DNA from: Bacteroidales bacterium
Lineage (GTDB): Bacteria; Bacteroidota; Bacteroidia; Bacteroidales; UBA3824
Reading direction: 5' to 3'
Assembly: GCA_017412115.1 (NCBI GenBank)
Contig: JAFPYR010000053.1
Location: forward strand, 62,815 to 126,814
DNA length: 64,000 nt
Shown here: positions 1 to 10,900 of the stretch, one piece after another
Layout: each line of letters begins with the position of its first letter
Numbering within the stretch: position 1 is the first letter of the stretch
Program-made: the position numbers and the translations under genes
Notes under the pieces: generated by a model
Database searches by the model: none
Seen by the model: only the letters and a program-made list of their open reading frames with translations
What the model was told of the DNA's origin: nothing

Positions 1-1
1 A

Positions 2-493
2 ATTAGAGCCGTAATTTTGAGAGATACCGGCGCAACAATAAGCCCGTTCAACGCATGGATTTTGTTGCAAGGTGTAGAATCATTGCCACTTAGAATAGAA
101 CGTCACACTGAAAACGCTTTGAAAGTAGTTGAATTCTTGAAAAACCACCCCAAAGTAAAAGCAGTTCATCACCCCTCACTTGCTACGCATCGTGACCATG
201 AACTCTACAAAAAATACTTCCCGAAAGGTGGTGCTTCAATTTTCACTTTTGAAATCAACGGCACTCAGGACGAGGCTTGGAAATTCATCGACAATTTGAA
301 AATATTCTCGCTTTTGGCTAACGTTGCCGATGTTAAGAGTCTTGTAATTCACCCTTACACGACCACACACTCTCAGCTTTCAGCCGAAGAACTCAAAGCT
401 CAGCATATTACGCCTTCAACCGTAAGACTTTCTATCGGTGTTGAACACATAGATGACATTATTGATGATTTGAAACAAGCTTTAGATTTTTAA
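2..493 (+). CDS. metY: O-acetylhomoserine sulfhydrylase (PLP Cys/Met-metabolism family), C-terminal fragment running off the 5' window edge
   Basis: The frame is open from base 2. The motifs ANVADVKSLVIHPYTTTHSQL and RLSIGVEHIDDIIDDL are typical of the OAH-sulfhydrylase C-terminus. A hairpin plus T-run follows. Confidence 0.8.
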   Translation: MRAVILRDTGATISPFNAWILLQGVESLPLRIERHTENALKVVEFLKNHPKVKAVHHPSLATHRDHELYKKYFPKGGASIFTFEINGTQDEAWKFIDNLKIFSLLANVADVKSLVIHPYTTTHSQLSAEELKAQHITPSTVRLSIGVEHIDDIIDDLKQALDF

Positions 494-530
494 TTTAGAT
501 GTTTTTTTTTCTGATAATGGTTATTAATAA

Positions 531-561
531 AAAGCCGGCTTAAAAAGGTCGGCTTTTTTTA
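531..561 (+). terminator. Rho-independent terminator after metY
   Basis: Stem aagccggc / gtcggctt (one mismatch) followed by a T7 run. Confidence 0.6.
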
Positions 562-600
562 TTGCCTTTTTTTTTACGACTTGATAATGAATAAATAAAA

Positions 601-634
601 TAAAAAAAGGTTATCCGCTTTGGGACAACCTTTT
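601..634 (-). terminator. Rho-independent terminator after the MORN-caspase gene
   Basis: On the minus strand: aggtt, a 14-nt loop, aacct, then a T7 run, immediately 3' of the stop at 657. Confidence 0.5.
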
Positions 635-656
635 CTTTTATTATTATTATGAAATG

Positions 657-3065
657 TTATTTTATAAAATAGAAGTCAGCAAAGATTGATGAATTTTCCC
701 ACGGAATTTGTTCGTTACCTTCACCGTTGAGTTCGCTTGAAATTCTATAAACCTCGTTTCTGACTTGTTTGAAAACGTCCTCAATTCTTGCACCCGGTGT
801 TAAAACTGCTTTTGCTAACTGTTCGGTGTAAAGACCGTTTTCTCCGTTACCGTCCGAAGCAGTTTTGCCCGGAGAGGTTGAAAACGCAATAAAAGTACCT
901 TTAGGAGCATTCAACTGAGCAAGACCACCGCCCTCACCTTTTACTGCACGGCTCGTATTAGCAAAAGGATTATCACGACAAGCGTCCAAAATCACGATGT
1001 TCAAATCGTTTTTAGCAAAGGTCATCTGTCCTAAAACTTTTTCAATAGAGAAACATTCCTCATCAACGTCTTCTTTTCTCTTAATATTAGCCGTAATAGG
1101 CACTAAATAGTTGATACCATCAACCTGAATACCGTGTCCTGCATAGAAAAACAAACCGACAGCTTTTTCTTCTGCGATTTTATCACCGAACTCATAAACT
1201 TTGTTACGCATAATTTCACGATCGGCGTCAATAGCAGTGATAACGGTAAAGCCAAGGTTTTTCAATGTTTCTGACATTAATTTAGCATCGTTAGCAGCAT
1301 TTTTTAGCGGTGCTACGTTTTGATAAGCACTATTACCGATTATCAAAGCAACACGTTTTTGATTAGTTACTGCATCACCGATTTCAAGATTTACGATTCT
1401 CGAATCAGAGGCCGACATACCGCCTTCGTTTTTAACAACGGCACGCAATTCGTTTCTGCCAGGAGTCAAAGGAATTGTAAACTCGTATGTGTAATCACAT
1501 TGCGAATTAACAACTGAAAAGGCTCTTGAGGCTTTTTTAGCTTTAACGACATTATTATCGTAAATGATTACCTCATCGGGAGTTACACGAGAAGAAACAC
1601 AAAGCGAAACTTTAAACTCCGTTTCTGAAACCGTTGTTGTAAAAAGTTGCGGTTTTGACCATGAAACCGTCGGTTTTTGAATCGATGCCGTAACTTTCTC
1701 TCTTGACAATACGCCGTCTTTGAAATAACCTCTTTCTTTTCTGCCGTCAGGATAATACATAATACCTTTTCCTGTCATCGCATCGTCCATAAATTCGCCG
1801 ACATATTTCTGACCCGTATTACGATCCTCTGACATACCGTCGCCATTTGCCACACCGGCCGCAAATTCACCGACATACAAAAGACCCGAATAATAATCCA
1901 TCATACCCATTCCGTGAGGAATACCGTTTTCGAGGTTGCCTTGATAACGTCCGTTTTGTGTTAATTTGATACCGTAACCGTTTTTGGAACCGTAAATCAA
2001 ATCCAACTCTTTTTCGTCCAAAGGTTGAGATAATTGGTTGTTACGGAAAACACCGGCTTTTTTGGTATTATCTTTCATGTCAATCAAAACGCCTTGTCCA
2101 TTGAAAGCGTTATGCTCGAAATGTCCGTAATAAACAGAACCGTCTTTGAAAAACATAGCTCCGTAACCGTTGGCATCTCCACCAAAAACCTCACCCGTAT
2201 ATTTAATCAGACCGTCCGGTCTTAAACTGTCAGGGTAAGTAATCGTGGCATAACCCTCAAGATTGCCTCTTACAAAACTGCCCTCGTAAACCATACCGTC
2301 TTTTTGAACGAGTCTACCCATACCGTGCTGTTTACCTTCCTTAAACTCACCGAAGTAAGTTTTTTCGTTGTCTGCTAAAACACCGTAGCCGGAATAACAA
2401 TCACCGCTGATACAACCGTTCTGATTCTTGAGCGCACCGGCAAAACGTCCGTGTTCAAAAAGGCCTTCGACTTTGTTTCCGTCAGGTTCGGTCAAAACGC
2501 CGTAACCCTCAAAACGGTCTTTTTGAAACTCACCTTGATAAATAGAGCCGTCCGTCATCGTATACTTGCCGTATCCGTCTTTTTCTCCGCGTTTGAAATA
2601 ACCCTCATAAATAGAACCGTCATCATAAATGTAAACGCCCCAACCGTTTTTAACATCACCGTTAACACCGCCTTTTTTTACGGTTTCGTCAATATTGCCA
2701 TCAACGTAAATATCCGTGTTAGTGGTTCCGTCCGATTGAATCTCAATACCTACACCCTGACGCTTACCGTCTTGCCAATGTCCGATGTAACGAGTACCGT
2801 CATTCCAAAAATAAGTTCCTGTCTTAGAGAATTTTCCGTCAGAGAATTGTCCTATATACGAGGCTCCCGAAACATAATTTTTTACACCGTAGCCATCCGG
2901 TTTCATATTAGAATTGAAAAAACCCGTATAACGTTGTTTTGCATCTTGATACGTTCCGTAACCGTCCTTGCAGTTACCGGAAATACACTGGGCATAACTG
3001 CCTTGGGCAGCTGCTAAAAAAACTGCCGCCGCCACATAGTTTTTGTTAATAGTCATTTTTTTCAT
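657..3065 (-). CDS. Secreted MORN-repeat protein with a C-terminal caspase-like (peptidase C14) domain
   Basis: Signal peptide (MKKMTINKNYVAAAVFLAAAQGSYAQ). Two blocks each open with a CxSGxC motif and together carry about 18 MORN-type YxGxxxxGxxxGxG repeats. An Ig-like linker follows. The C-terminal domain has YAGHG (His codon 1134-1136) and ILDACRDN (Cys codon 978-980). The first ATG is at 3065; the track start at 3074 is TTG. Confidence 0.8.
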   Translation of the reverse strand: MKKMTINKNYVAAAVFLAAAQGSYAQCISGNCKDGYGTYQDAKQRYTGFFNSNMKPDGYGVKNYVSGASYIGQFSDGKFSKTGTYFWNDGTRYIGHWQDGKRQGVGIEIQSDGTTNTDIYVDGNIDETVKKGGVNGDVKNGWGVYIYDDGSIYEGYFKRGEKDGYGKYTMTDGSIYQGEFQKDRFEGYGVLTEPDGNKVEGLFEHGRFAGALKNQNGCISGDCYSGYGVLADNEKTYFGEFKEGKQHGMGRLVQKDGMVYEGSFVRGNLEGYATITYPDSLRPDGLIKYTGEVFGGDANGYGAMFFKDGSVYYGHFEHNAFNGQGVLIDMKDNTKKAGVFRNNQLSQPLDEKELDLIYGSKNGYGIKLTQNGRYQGNLENGIPHGMGMMDYYSGLLYVGEFAAGVANGDGMSEDRNTGQKYVGEFMDDAMTGKGIMYYPDGRKERGYFKDGVLSREKVTASIQKPTVSWSKPQLFTTTVSETEFKVSLCVSSRVTPDEVIIYDNNVVKAKKASRAFSVVNSQCDYTYEFTIPLTPGRNELRAVVKNEGGMSASDSRIVNLEIGDAVTNQKRVALIIGNSAYQNVAPLKNAANDAKLMSETLKNLGFTVITAIDADREIMRNKVYEFGDKIAEEKAVGLFFYAGHGIQVDGINYLVPITANIKRKEDVDEECFSIEKVLGQMTFAKNDLNIVILDACRDNPFANTSRAVKGEGGGLAQLNAPKGTFIAFSTSPGKTASDGNGENGLYTEQLAKAVLTPGARIEDVFKQVRNEVYRISSELNGEGNEQIPWENSSIFADFYFIK

Positions 3066-3238
3066 AATTTGCAAATTATTTTGTTACAAAGAAAAACATT
3101 TTTTTTATAAAAAGAAAAAAAAATCAATATTTTCCATATTTTTTTTACAAAAAAAAGACGATTTTTGCACTCAAAAAACTATGTTTTTTTGTTATTTGAA
3201 GTGATTTTTTTATTTTTGCAAAAAAATCATCAACTATT

Positions 3239-4423
3239 ATGTTAGAGATAGGAACAATTAACAAATCAAAAGGTAAAAAAGCCGTTCTCTTGGGCTCGGG
3301 AGAATTAGGCAAAGAAGTAGCAATTGAACTTCAAAGATTTGGCGTTCAGGTAATTGCCGTTGATAAGTACGAAAACGCTCCGGCAATGCAAGTTGCTCAC
3401 AAAAGTTATGTTTTGTCGATGTTAGACGGAGAAAAAATCCGTAAAATCATAACCGAAGAAAAACCCGATTTTATAATTCCCGAAGTAGAGGCAATTGCAA
3501 CTCAAACTCTCGTAGAATTGGAAAAGGAAGGTTTCAACGTTATTCCGACGGCAAATGCAACTTATCTTACGATGAACCGCGAGGGCATCAGAAGACTTGC
3601 CGCAGAAAAATTAGGAATCAAAACCTCTCCTTACCGTTTTGCCTCAACAAAAGAAGAATTTGAAAAAGCCGTAAAAGAAATCGGCATTCCTTGCGTTGTA
3701 AAACCAATAATGTCGTCTTCAGGACACGGTCAGTCCGTTATTAAAACCGAAAACGATATTCAAACCTCTTGGCAAACGGCTCAAGAAGGCGGAAGAGCAG
3801 GCGCAGGAAAAGTTATCGTTGAGGGTTTCATAAAATTCGATTATGAAATTACGCTTTTAACAGTAAGACACATCGGCGGTACAAGTTTCTTAAAACCGGT
3901 AGGACATTATCAGAAAGACGGTGATTATCAGGAATCTTGGCAACCTCAACCAATGAAACCCGAAGTTTTGGAAAAAGCGGAAAAAATAGCCGAAAAAATT
4001 ACAACCGCTCTCGGCGGCAGAGGTATTTTCGGTGTTGAAATGTTCGTAAAAGACAACGATGTGATTTTCAGCGAAGTATCGCCCCGCCCGCACGATACGG
4101 GAATGGTAACGATGATTTCACAGGATTTGTCGGAATTTGCACTCCACGCAAGAGCCGTTTTAGGACTGCCGATACCGAACATCGCTTTTCACGGTGCATC
4201 AGCCTCCAAAGCCGTCGTTGTTGAAGGTAGCAGCGACAACATCGTTTTTTCGGGCATGGAAGAGGCTCTTTCGATACCCGATACCTCAATGAGAATTTTC
4301 TCAAAACCCGATGTTAACGGACACAGACGCATGGCGGTACTTTTGGCAAGAGCGGAAACTGTAGAAGAGGCTCGCAAAAAAGTTTGTCAAATGGCTGAAA
4401 AAATCAAAATAGAATTGTTATAA
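3239..4423 (+). CDS. purT: Formate-dependent phosphoribosylglycinamide formyltransferase (GAR transformylase 2)
   Basis: 394 aa, ATP-grasp. The N-terminus [29 protein letters not shown] and the motif [15 protein letters not shown] are characteristic of PurT. A TAttTTTG -7 box lies upstream. Confidence 0.9.
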   Translation: MLEIGTINKSKGKKAVLLGSGELGKEVAIELQRFGVQVIAVDKYENAPAMQVAHKSYVLSMLDGEKIRKIITEEKPDFIIPEVEAIATQTLVELEKEGFNVIPTANATYLTMNREGIRRLAAEKLGIKTSPYRFASTKEEFEKAVKEIGIPCVVKPIMSSSGHGQSVIKTENDIQTSWQTAQEGGRAGAGKVIVEGFIKFDYEITLLTVRHIGGTSFLKPVGHYQKDGDYQESWQPQPMKPEVLEKAEKIAEKITTALGGRGIFGVEMFVKDNDVIFSEVSPRPHDTGMVTMISQDLSEFALHARAVLGLPIPNIAFHGASASKAVVVEGSSDNIVFSGMEEALSIPDTSMRIFSKPDVNGHRRMAVLLARAETVEEARKKVCQMAEKIKIELL

Positions 4424-4459
4424 ACATTTTCTAAAAAAAAAATTGCCCCGCAAAATCCA

Positions 4460-5827
4460 ATGACAGAAAGACGGATAGGACTTTATTTGCTGAGTTTTTT
4501 ATTTGTTATCTCACTGATTTTCATGATGTATTTGGAAGATTCTAAATACGGCGGGGGCATTTTGCTCGTTTTTTTAGGAATACTTATAACAATCCTCATC
4601 AATTGCGAAGGCGAAGAAAACGCTCAAAAAATTCCAAGCAATCCAAGACGTGAAACAGGTTTAAGAATCAACAATAGGATTCAAGTTCTCGCCAAAAAAG
4701 ATTCAAATTTTTCATTGCCCGTTTTTTTGGATTATGTTAAAATCATTTTCTTAAAAACATACGTTTCGTACACTGACGAGGAAAAAATAAACGAAATCAC
4801 ACCGTTTTTTGAATACGATATTAACAAAATCAAGAAAGTTCCGTTTACTCATGTTTTTGTTGATAAGACGGAAATTTCCGATATAAAAACTTTCGGCAAC
4901 AGATGTAATGTTTCGGTGGATTTCAATGCATATTTTCAAACGAAATACAAGGGCGAGGTTTTGCATTGTAAAAGCGAAGAAAGATGGGTCTTTTCGCGTA
5001 AAGCCGATGCCGTTTCGGTCATTCCAAACGGTTTCGGACTTTTAAGATGTCCTTCCTGCGGACGGATTTATGATTTTTCGCCTTCGGGAATTTGCCCGCA
5101 CTGCAAAGGTCGGCAAAATTTTGAATCAGGACAATGGATTGTCTCAGATGTTAAACGTCTGAAAATCTCACAAACCAATCCAAAAAAAGATTTTCTGAAA
5201 TACAGACCTGAAATCGGAACCTCAGACCCATCGATTGTGGCGCCAAATATCAAAAAAGCGGAAGAGGTTTTCTCAAAACTTCATAGCTACCGTTATCCGA
5301 GTTTCAAAATTTTTGAAAGCAGAATCGCAAAACCGTATTTCATGAAAATTTGTTCGTGCTTTGCCTCTGATACTTGGAACAAAGCCAGACATCTTATTTA
5401 TGAGAATAGTTGGCAAAACATAAAATTCAAATTAAGTCTTTATAAATCATACGGTTACAAACGTATTTTTGACTCGTTGGAAATCAAAAAAACCGAAACC
5501 GTAAATTATGAAGCCGACAATTTTTATCAATCCGTAACGGTGAGAATTTTTGCGGAATGTTATGACTACATCATCAACTACGAGGACGGAATAATCGGCG
5601 GGACAAACCGTCAAAAACGTTATTTTTCGCAATATTGGAAATTCGTTTCGTGCATAGGTTTTATAGGAAAATACGAAGACCTTGAGGTTTGTCCTTGCTG
5701 CGGATTAAGTGTCGGCGACGTTGATAATTCGGGCGTGTGCCCATACTGCATGAACAAAGTAAATGACGGAAATTTTTCATGGGTTTTGTATTCTATCACA
5801 GAAGATGAAGATTATTGCGGACAATAA
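4460..5827 (+). CDS. Hypothetical membrane protein with two repeated (alpha/beta module + zinc ribbon) units
   Basis: Two N-terminal TM helices. An internal duplication follows, with each half ending in a CxxC...CxxC ribbon (CPSCG...CPHCKG and CPCCG...CPYC). A Tim44/NTF2-like fold for the modules is only a guess. Confidence 0.5.
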   Translation: MTERRIGLYLLSFLFVISLIFMMYLEDSKYGGGILLVFLGILITILINCEGEENAQKIPSNPRRETGLRINNRIQVLAKKDSNFSLPVFLDYVKIIFLKTYVSYTDEEKINEITPFFEYDINKIKKVPFTHVFVDKTEISDIKTFGNRCNVSVDFNAYFQTKYKGEVLHCKSEERWVFSRKADAVSVIPNGFGLLRCPSCGRIYDFSPSGICPHCKGRQNFESGQWIVSDVKRLKISQTNPKKDFLKYRPEIGTSDPSIVAPNIKKAEEVFSKLHSYRYPSFKIFESRIAKPYFMKICSCFASDTWNKARHLIYENSWQNIKFKLSLYKSYGYKRIFDSLEIKKTETVNYEADNFYQSVTVRIFAECYDYIINYEDGIIGGTNRQKRYFSQYWKFVSCIGFIGKYEDLEVCPCCGLSVGDVDNSGVCPYCMNKVNDGNFSWVLYSITEDEDYCGQ

Positions 5828-6722
5828 AATTTTGCTGGTATTTTTGCTGATTTTAACGCTTTTTACGGCGTGTGATTCTCAAGTTGAAATCATTTTGACA
5901 GGTGATGTACTTTTGGACAGAGGTTTAAGACCGATGGTCGAAAAATTCGGAACGGAATACATTTTCAAAGACGTTTCAAAGGTTTTCAAAGAAGCGGATT
6001 TCGTCTTAATAAATCTTGAAGGACCTATAACGGACACTGTTAGCCCCGTAAACAAAAAATATATTTTCAGATTCGATTCCAAGACAGCCGAAGGGTTAAA
6101 AAAATCCGGCGTAACGCATTGTCTTTTAGCCAACAACCACACAGTAGACCAAGGATGCTCAGGACTTAGAAACACAATTAAAAACCTTGAAAAAGCCGGT
6201 CTTAAATATTCAGGCATCGGCTACAACAAAGAGCAACGGTTGAAACCTATGATTTTAGAAAAAAACGGAATCGAAATTGCCGTTTTCAATTGTTGCCTTC
6301 TAAAAATCGAAAATTGGATTTCTAACGATAACAATTTGAATATCACGGCTGAAGATTTTACGTTTTTGGAGGCTGCCGTCCAAAATTTCAAAAGCAAAAA
6401 TCCGAAAACACATATTCTCTGCGTTTTGCATTGGGGGTATGAATTTCGGGACAAACCTGAGTTTTTTCAACGCATTCAAGCCCAAAGACTTATCTCTGCC
6501 GGTGCTGACATTATCATCGGACATCACCCGCACGTTGTACAAACCACGGAACTGATAAATTCAAAATTAGTGGTTTATTCCTTGGGAAATTTTGTTTTCG
6601 ACCAGAAAAACCCAAAAGGCAGAAAAGCTCAAATCGCAAAACTGAATTTTTCAAAAGACAGCATTAAATACGAACTCATTGACATCGACATTCAAAGAAA
6701 CTGTCCAAAAATCAAAAACTAA
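5805..6722 (+). CDS. CapA-family (PGA_cap metallophosphatase-like) lipoprotein
   Basis: The ANNHTVDQG and IIGHHPHVVQ motifs are present. The likely true start is MKIIADNKILLVFLLILTLFTAC (lipobox) at 5805, which overlaps the upstream gene by 23 nt. Confidence 0.75.
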   Translation: MKIIADNKILLVFLLILTLFTACDSQVEIILTGDVLLDRGLRPMVEKFGTEYIFKDVSKVFKEADFVLINLEGPITDTVSPVNKKYIFRFDSKTAEGLKKSGVTHCLLANNHTVDQGCSGLRNTIKNLEKAGLKYSGIGYNKEQRLKPMILEKNGIEIAVFNCCLLKIENWISNDNNLNITAEDFTFLEAAVQNFKSKNPKTHILCVLHWGYEFRDKPEFFQRIQAQRLISAGADIIIGHHPHVVQTTELINSKLVVYSLGNFVFDQKNPKGRKAQIAKLNFSKDSIKYELIDIDIQRNCPKIKN

Positions 6723-7951
6723 TCCTTAGAAAAAATAATATCATCAAACTTCACGGCATTGTACATCTCGTCATGAATTTTGGTTCTGACATCAAGTTTT
6801 GAAAGCATAGTTCCGCGCTTAGGGAAAGTGCTGTTAGTTAAAAAAACAAACAAAAGTCCGTTTTCGGGGTCAGCCCAAACAAAACCGCCGGTAAAACCCG
6901 TATGTCCGAAACTTTTTTTACTTGCCATTTTTGAAGGCGTTCCGTTAAGAGTGGAATCTATCACGGGTTTGTCGAAAACCAATCCCCTACGATTACCCTC
7001 AAAAGCTTGAGAAGTAAAAAGTTCCACGGTTTGAGGTCTTAAAAAAAACTGTCCACCGTAAGAGCCTTTGTCCAAAAGCATTTGCATCAAAACCGCCAAA
7101 TCTTTAGCCGAAGAAAACAATCCCGCATGACCTGAAACTCCTCCCATCAAATATGCGCCCTCATCATGGACTTTGCCTTTAACAATAGTTTTGCGCCAAA
7201 GAGAATCCTTTTCGGTCGGAGGAATATTTTTTTCTAATTCTTTATTCGGATTAAAACAAATTTTCAAACCCAAAGGTCTGTAAAAAGTATCGTACAAAAA
7301 TTCGTCAAAATCCTTTCCGTAAAACTTTTTCGGGAAAAGCGTATAAAGATAAAATCCAAGGTCGGAATACAAATAATTTCCTTTGTCGTTAAGAGGTTGT
7401 TTTACAATCTGTTCCGTGATTTGTTTGCGGGCTTTTTTTTCGTTGTATTTTTCGGGTGATAACAAAATCTTACGGCTCAAATCCTTGTTCAAACGCTTCA
7501 AATCTATCCAAGACTTAAAACCTGCTTGATGAGCCAAAGCTTCTCTCAAGGTTGCCCCGTTGTCGGTAATGCCTTTGAAATAGTCCGTTAAAGGCAAATC
7601 CAAGCCGATTTTGCCGTGTTCATACAATTTCATCAAGACAAGCGAAGAGGCGGCAATTTTAGTTATTGAAGCTAAATCATAAACCGTATTAGTATCAACT
7701 TTTCGGATACTGTCGTATGTAAAATATCCGTAACATTTGTCAAAAAAAACATAATGATTAACAGATGCCAAAATACGGCAGCCCGGCATCGCCTTTTGTT
7801 TTATCGCATCAGAAACGATACTGTCAATACGGCTTTCCCTTTCTGTTGAGATTTTAGCGTTGTTAAAAACTAATGTATTAATTTCCTGACCTTTGCAACC
7901 GTTAATAAAAATAACGGCTGCAAACAAAAATAATATTTTTTTCATTTTCAT
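6719..7951 (-). CDS. Serine hydrolase, beta-lactamase (class C)/PBP4-like family
   Basis: Signal peptide, an SxxK motif (ASITK), and an HTGFTG box near the C-terminus. Confidence 0.8.
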   Translation of the reverse strand: MKMKKILFLFAAVIFINGCKGQEINTLVFNNAKISTERESRIDSIVSDAIKQKAMPGCRILASVNHYVFFDKCYGYFTYDSIRKVDTNTVYDLASITKIAASSLVLMKLYEHGKIGLDLPLTDYFKGITDNGATLREALAHQAGFKSWIDLKRLNKDLSRKILLSPEKYNEKKARKQITEQIVKQPLNDKGNYLYSDLGFYLYTLFPKKFYGKDFDEFLYDTFYRPLGLKICFNPNKELEKNIPPTEKDSLWRKTIVKGKVHDEGAYLMGGVSGHAGLFSSAKDLAVLMQMLLDKGSYGGQFFLRPQTVELFTSQAFEGNRRGLVFDKPVIDSTLNGTPSKMASKKSFGHTGFTGGFVWADPENGLLFVFLTNSTFPKRGTMLSKLDVRTKIHDEMYNAVKFDDIIFSKD

Positions 7952-7977
7952 TTACGGGAAAAGTTTTTTCCCCGAGG

Positions 7978-10900
7978 TTATTTAATCAAAAATACGTGTC
8001 CTTTTTGTTGAAAAAACGATTTGTCCCTAAGCGTTGAAGTTGATTTCCAAACGTACATTCCCGGTGGACAAGGTCTGCCGTTACGAGTACCGTCCCAGCC
8101 CTCATTGATGTTTTCCGTCCTGAAAACGATAACACCTCTACTGTCAAGTACCACAAGTTTGAATTTAGCAATATCACCGTGAATAGGCATAAAAACATCG
8201 TTTTTACCGTCGCCGTTCGGAGAAAATGCCGTCGGAAAAACAACTATCGGGTTTGAAATTACCGTTATCGCATTTTTTACCGTTGTCGTATCAGAACAAT
8301 AATTTGCCGTCAAAACGGTAAGTGAAATATTAAATGTCCCGTCAAATTCGTATTTATGGTCTACGCTGCGTCCCTCGCCGAAAGTACCGTCACCGAAATC
8401 CCAATGGAAAGACTGGTCAGGACCGGAAAGTGATTCCACTTTCAAATATTGTCCGGCATATAAAGTATCAAGATTTTGTTCAAAATCCGCCGTCGGTTTT
8501 ACAAAAACATTAACCTTTTTGGTCGTAACGGCTTGAACACCGCAATCGCCGTAAATAGTCAAAGAAACAACAAATTCACCCGCCGCTTCGTATTTGTGTT
8601 CCAATTTCGCAACGTTGTAGACTGGGGCGCTTCCGTCACCGAAATCCCATTTGCAAGAATCGGAATTCAACGAAACATTTTCAAGCGAAACTGTTATCGG
8701 CTGACAACCCTCCATGTTTTGAGAATTGAAAGCGGCAATCAGCGGACGACCCTCTATCACGAAACGCTTTTCTAACTTATTTTCACAAATGCCGTTGCTA
8801 ATATCAATTATAATATTGTAATTACCACAAGATTCGTATTCATGTCCCGAAATATCAATATCTTCAGAAGTTGTTCCGTCACCGAAATCCCAATGAACAG
8901 AAGTTAAATCTTTGTTCATCAATTTGAAATAAGCTGTATTTTCAGGCCATGTTATCGTATCGACAGGCATTCTTAAATCAACCTGCGGCTGAGGAAAAAC
9001 CGTTACATAGGTTGAGGCGGTATCCGTACAACCGATACCGTTGTCAAAAAGCAAAGAAGAGGTAATTTTATATTTTTTAGTTTCATCGCTCGTGTTTTCA
9101 AAAGTATACTCGGTAGGTCCTCTCCTATCCCAAATAAAATCACCGTTGCTGATTTCATAGTTAGCAAGTCCTTGATAATCTTGTGTTATAACGATTTTCA
9201 AAGGCGAACAACCCGAAGTCTGAGAAACGGTAAAACCGGCTCTGTTTTCGGGACGGGATATTGTTAAAGGCTCAGTCTCGGCCGTACAACCGTTAATATC
9301 TTTGACTTTAACGGTGTAAACGCCGTCAGAAAGATTTTTGAAAACGCCTGAGCGGTCTTGCCATACCACACCATCCAAAGAATATGACAAAAGCGATGTG
9401 CCTCCACTGCCGCTCGCTGCAATTTTGCCCGTGTTACCCTCGTAACAAATCACGTCATAAACCTCCGCCTCTACGGTCAATAACGCCGGATTGATAATTC
9501 TAAGATCAACAGAATAATCACGAACACATCCATTATTATCCTTAACCCTTATCTTATATTCTCCTGCTTCAAGACCAGTTATCTCAGAAGTTTCATAATT
9601 ATAATTAACACCGTCGTCAATAGAATATTTATACGGCCTTGTACCGCCTCTTGCAGTTATTGTAAGCTCGCCAGAGCCTTCATCATGACATGGAATTTCT
9701 TTAGTAACTTCCGCTAAATAAGAAAGTTGTGTGGGCTGGTCTACCCTTATGTCATCCACTAACGTACAACCGCGTTCATCCTTTACAACAGCCTCGTAAC
9801 TTGCAGCAGAAAGTCCATCAAAAAAACCTGTTTCACTCTCCTGCATTTCCGTTGAACCGATAGAACCTAAATAATATTTCAAAGTACCCGTTCCGCCCTC
9901 GGCTTTAATATCTATACTTCCCGTATGGTCACCGTAACATTTTACGATGTCCACTTTCTCGAATTTCGTAATTTTATACTCCGCCGGTTGTGTAATATCA
10001 AACTCTCCCGTAAGAGTACAATTATAGTGATCAACAACCCTAAACGTATAATGTTTAGGCTCCATAAATTCAAAAAAATCATTATACGAAGGATCTTCCT
10101 TTTCATCAAGAAAATATTTGTATTTGGCACTTGCTTGTATAATTTGACCGCCACTAACTTTTATTTTAGCCGTACCGGTATGTTTGCCGTAACAAAGAAC
10201 ATTTTCGACATCAACGCCTTCCAAAACAAATTCTTCCGGTTCAATAATTTTCACCGCTGCAAGATTCTCTCCCGCCGAACAACCGCTTTTATCTGTAACC
10301 AAATACGTGTAAGTTCCTGCTTTAAGATTATCAAAAAGACCGGTCTTGTTATTAATGTTCGTTTCGCTTACACCATTTAAATTAGGTTCTGACTTCAAAT
10401 AATAAGTATAATCTCCTTTACCACCAGAGGCATCAAGTTGTATAAAACCGTTATTATCACCCTTGCAGCCTCTTACCTCCTGATAATTTTTTAAATTAAG
10501 TTCTACTTTCGTAGGTTGCGACAACGGAACGGTTAACGGCATAGTAACAACACAACCGTGAGCATCTTCAACACTCGGCAAATACATAGTTGATGCCGGA
10601 AGGTTTTCAAACAAAGCATAAGTTTCATTCGTAGTAATAATAGCATCATTATCACCACCGATAGTATATTTGTAAGGCACAACACCACCGCTGACTTTTA
10701 TTTTCATTGAACCGTTCGTTGCACCGTAACAAGTAGTTATATCTTTTACCTCCGGCTCAAACATTTCCAATTCTTCAGGCTCATCAATTACATATCCTTC
10801 TGAATTTCCGTAAACTACGCAATTATTTTTGTCCTTAACGGCAACTAAATATTTTCCTTTGTGCAAATTAGAAATTACAGAAGACCCCAAAGCTAAATAC

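Noticed and set aside
2451-3017. 188-aa + strand ORF antisense to the MORN-caspase gene (also 1320..1517 and 2034..2225)
   Set aside because: It has low-complexity V/F/N/T-rich translation produced by reading the MORN repeat DNA backwards. It has no start context or promoter box and is fully nested in a well-supported gene.
5763-5804. Longer start for the CapA-like gene as listed in the ORF track (MTEIFHGFCILSQK…)
   Set aside because: The extension lies inside the upstream gene and lacks signal-peptide character. MKIIADNK…FTAC at 5805 gives a proper lipoprotein signal.
9925-10380. 151-aa + strand ORF and other antisense ORFs inside the adhesin gene (8476..8775, 11596..11850, 12819..13052 and others)
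   Set aside because: These are artefacts of AT-rich repetitive coding DNA with few stop codons on the opposite strand. They contain no recognisable motifs.
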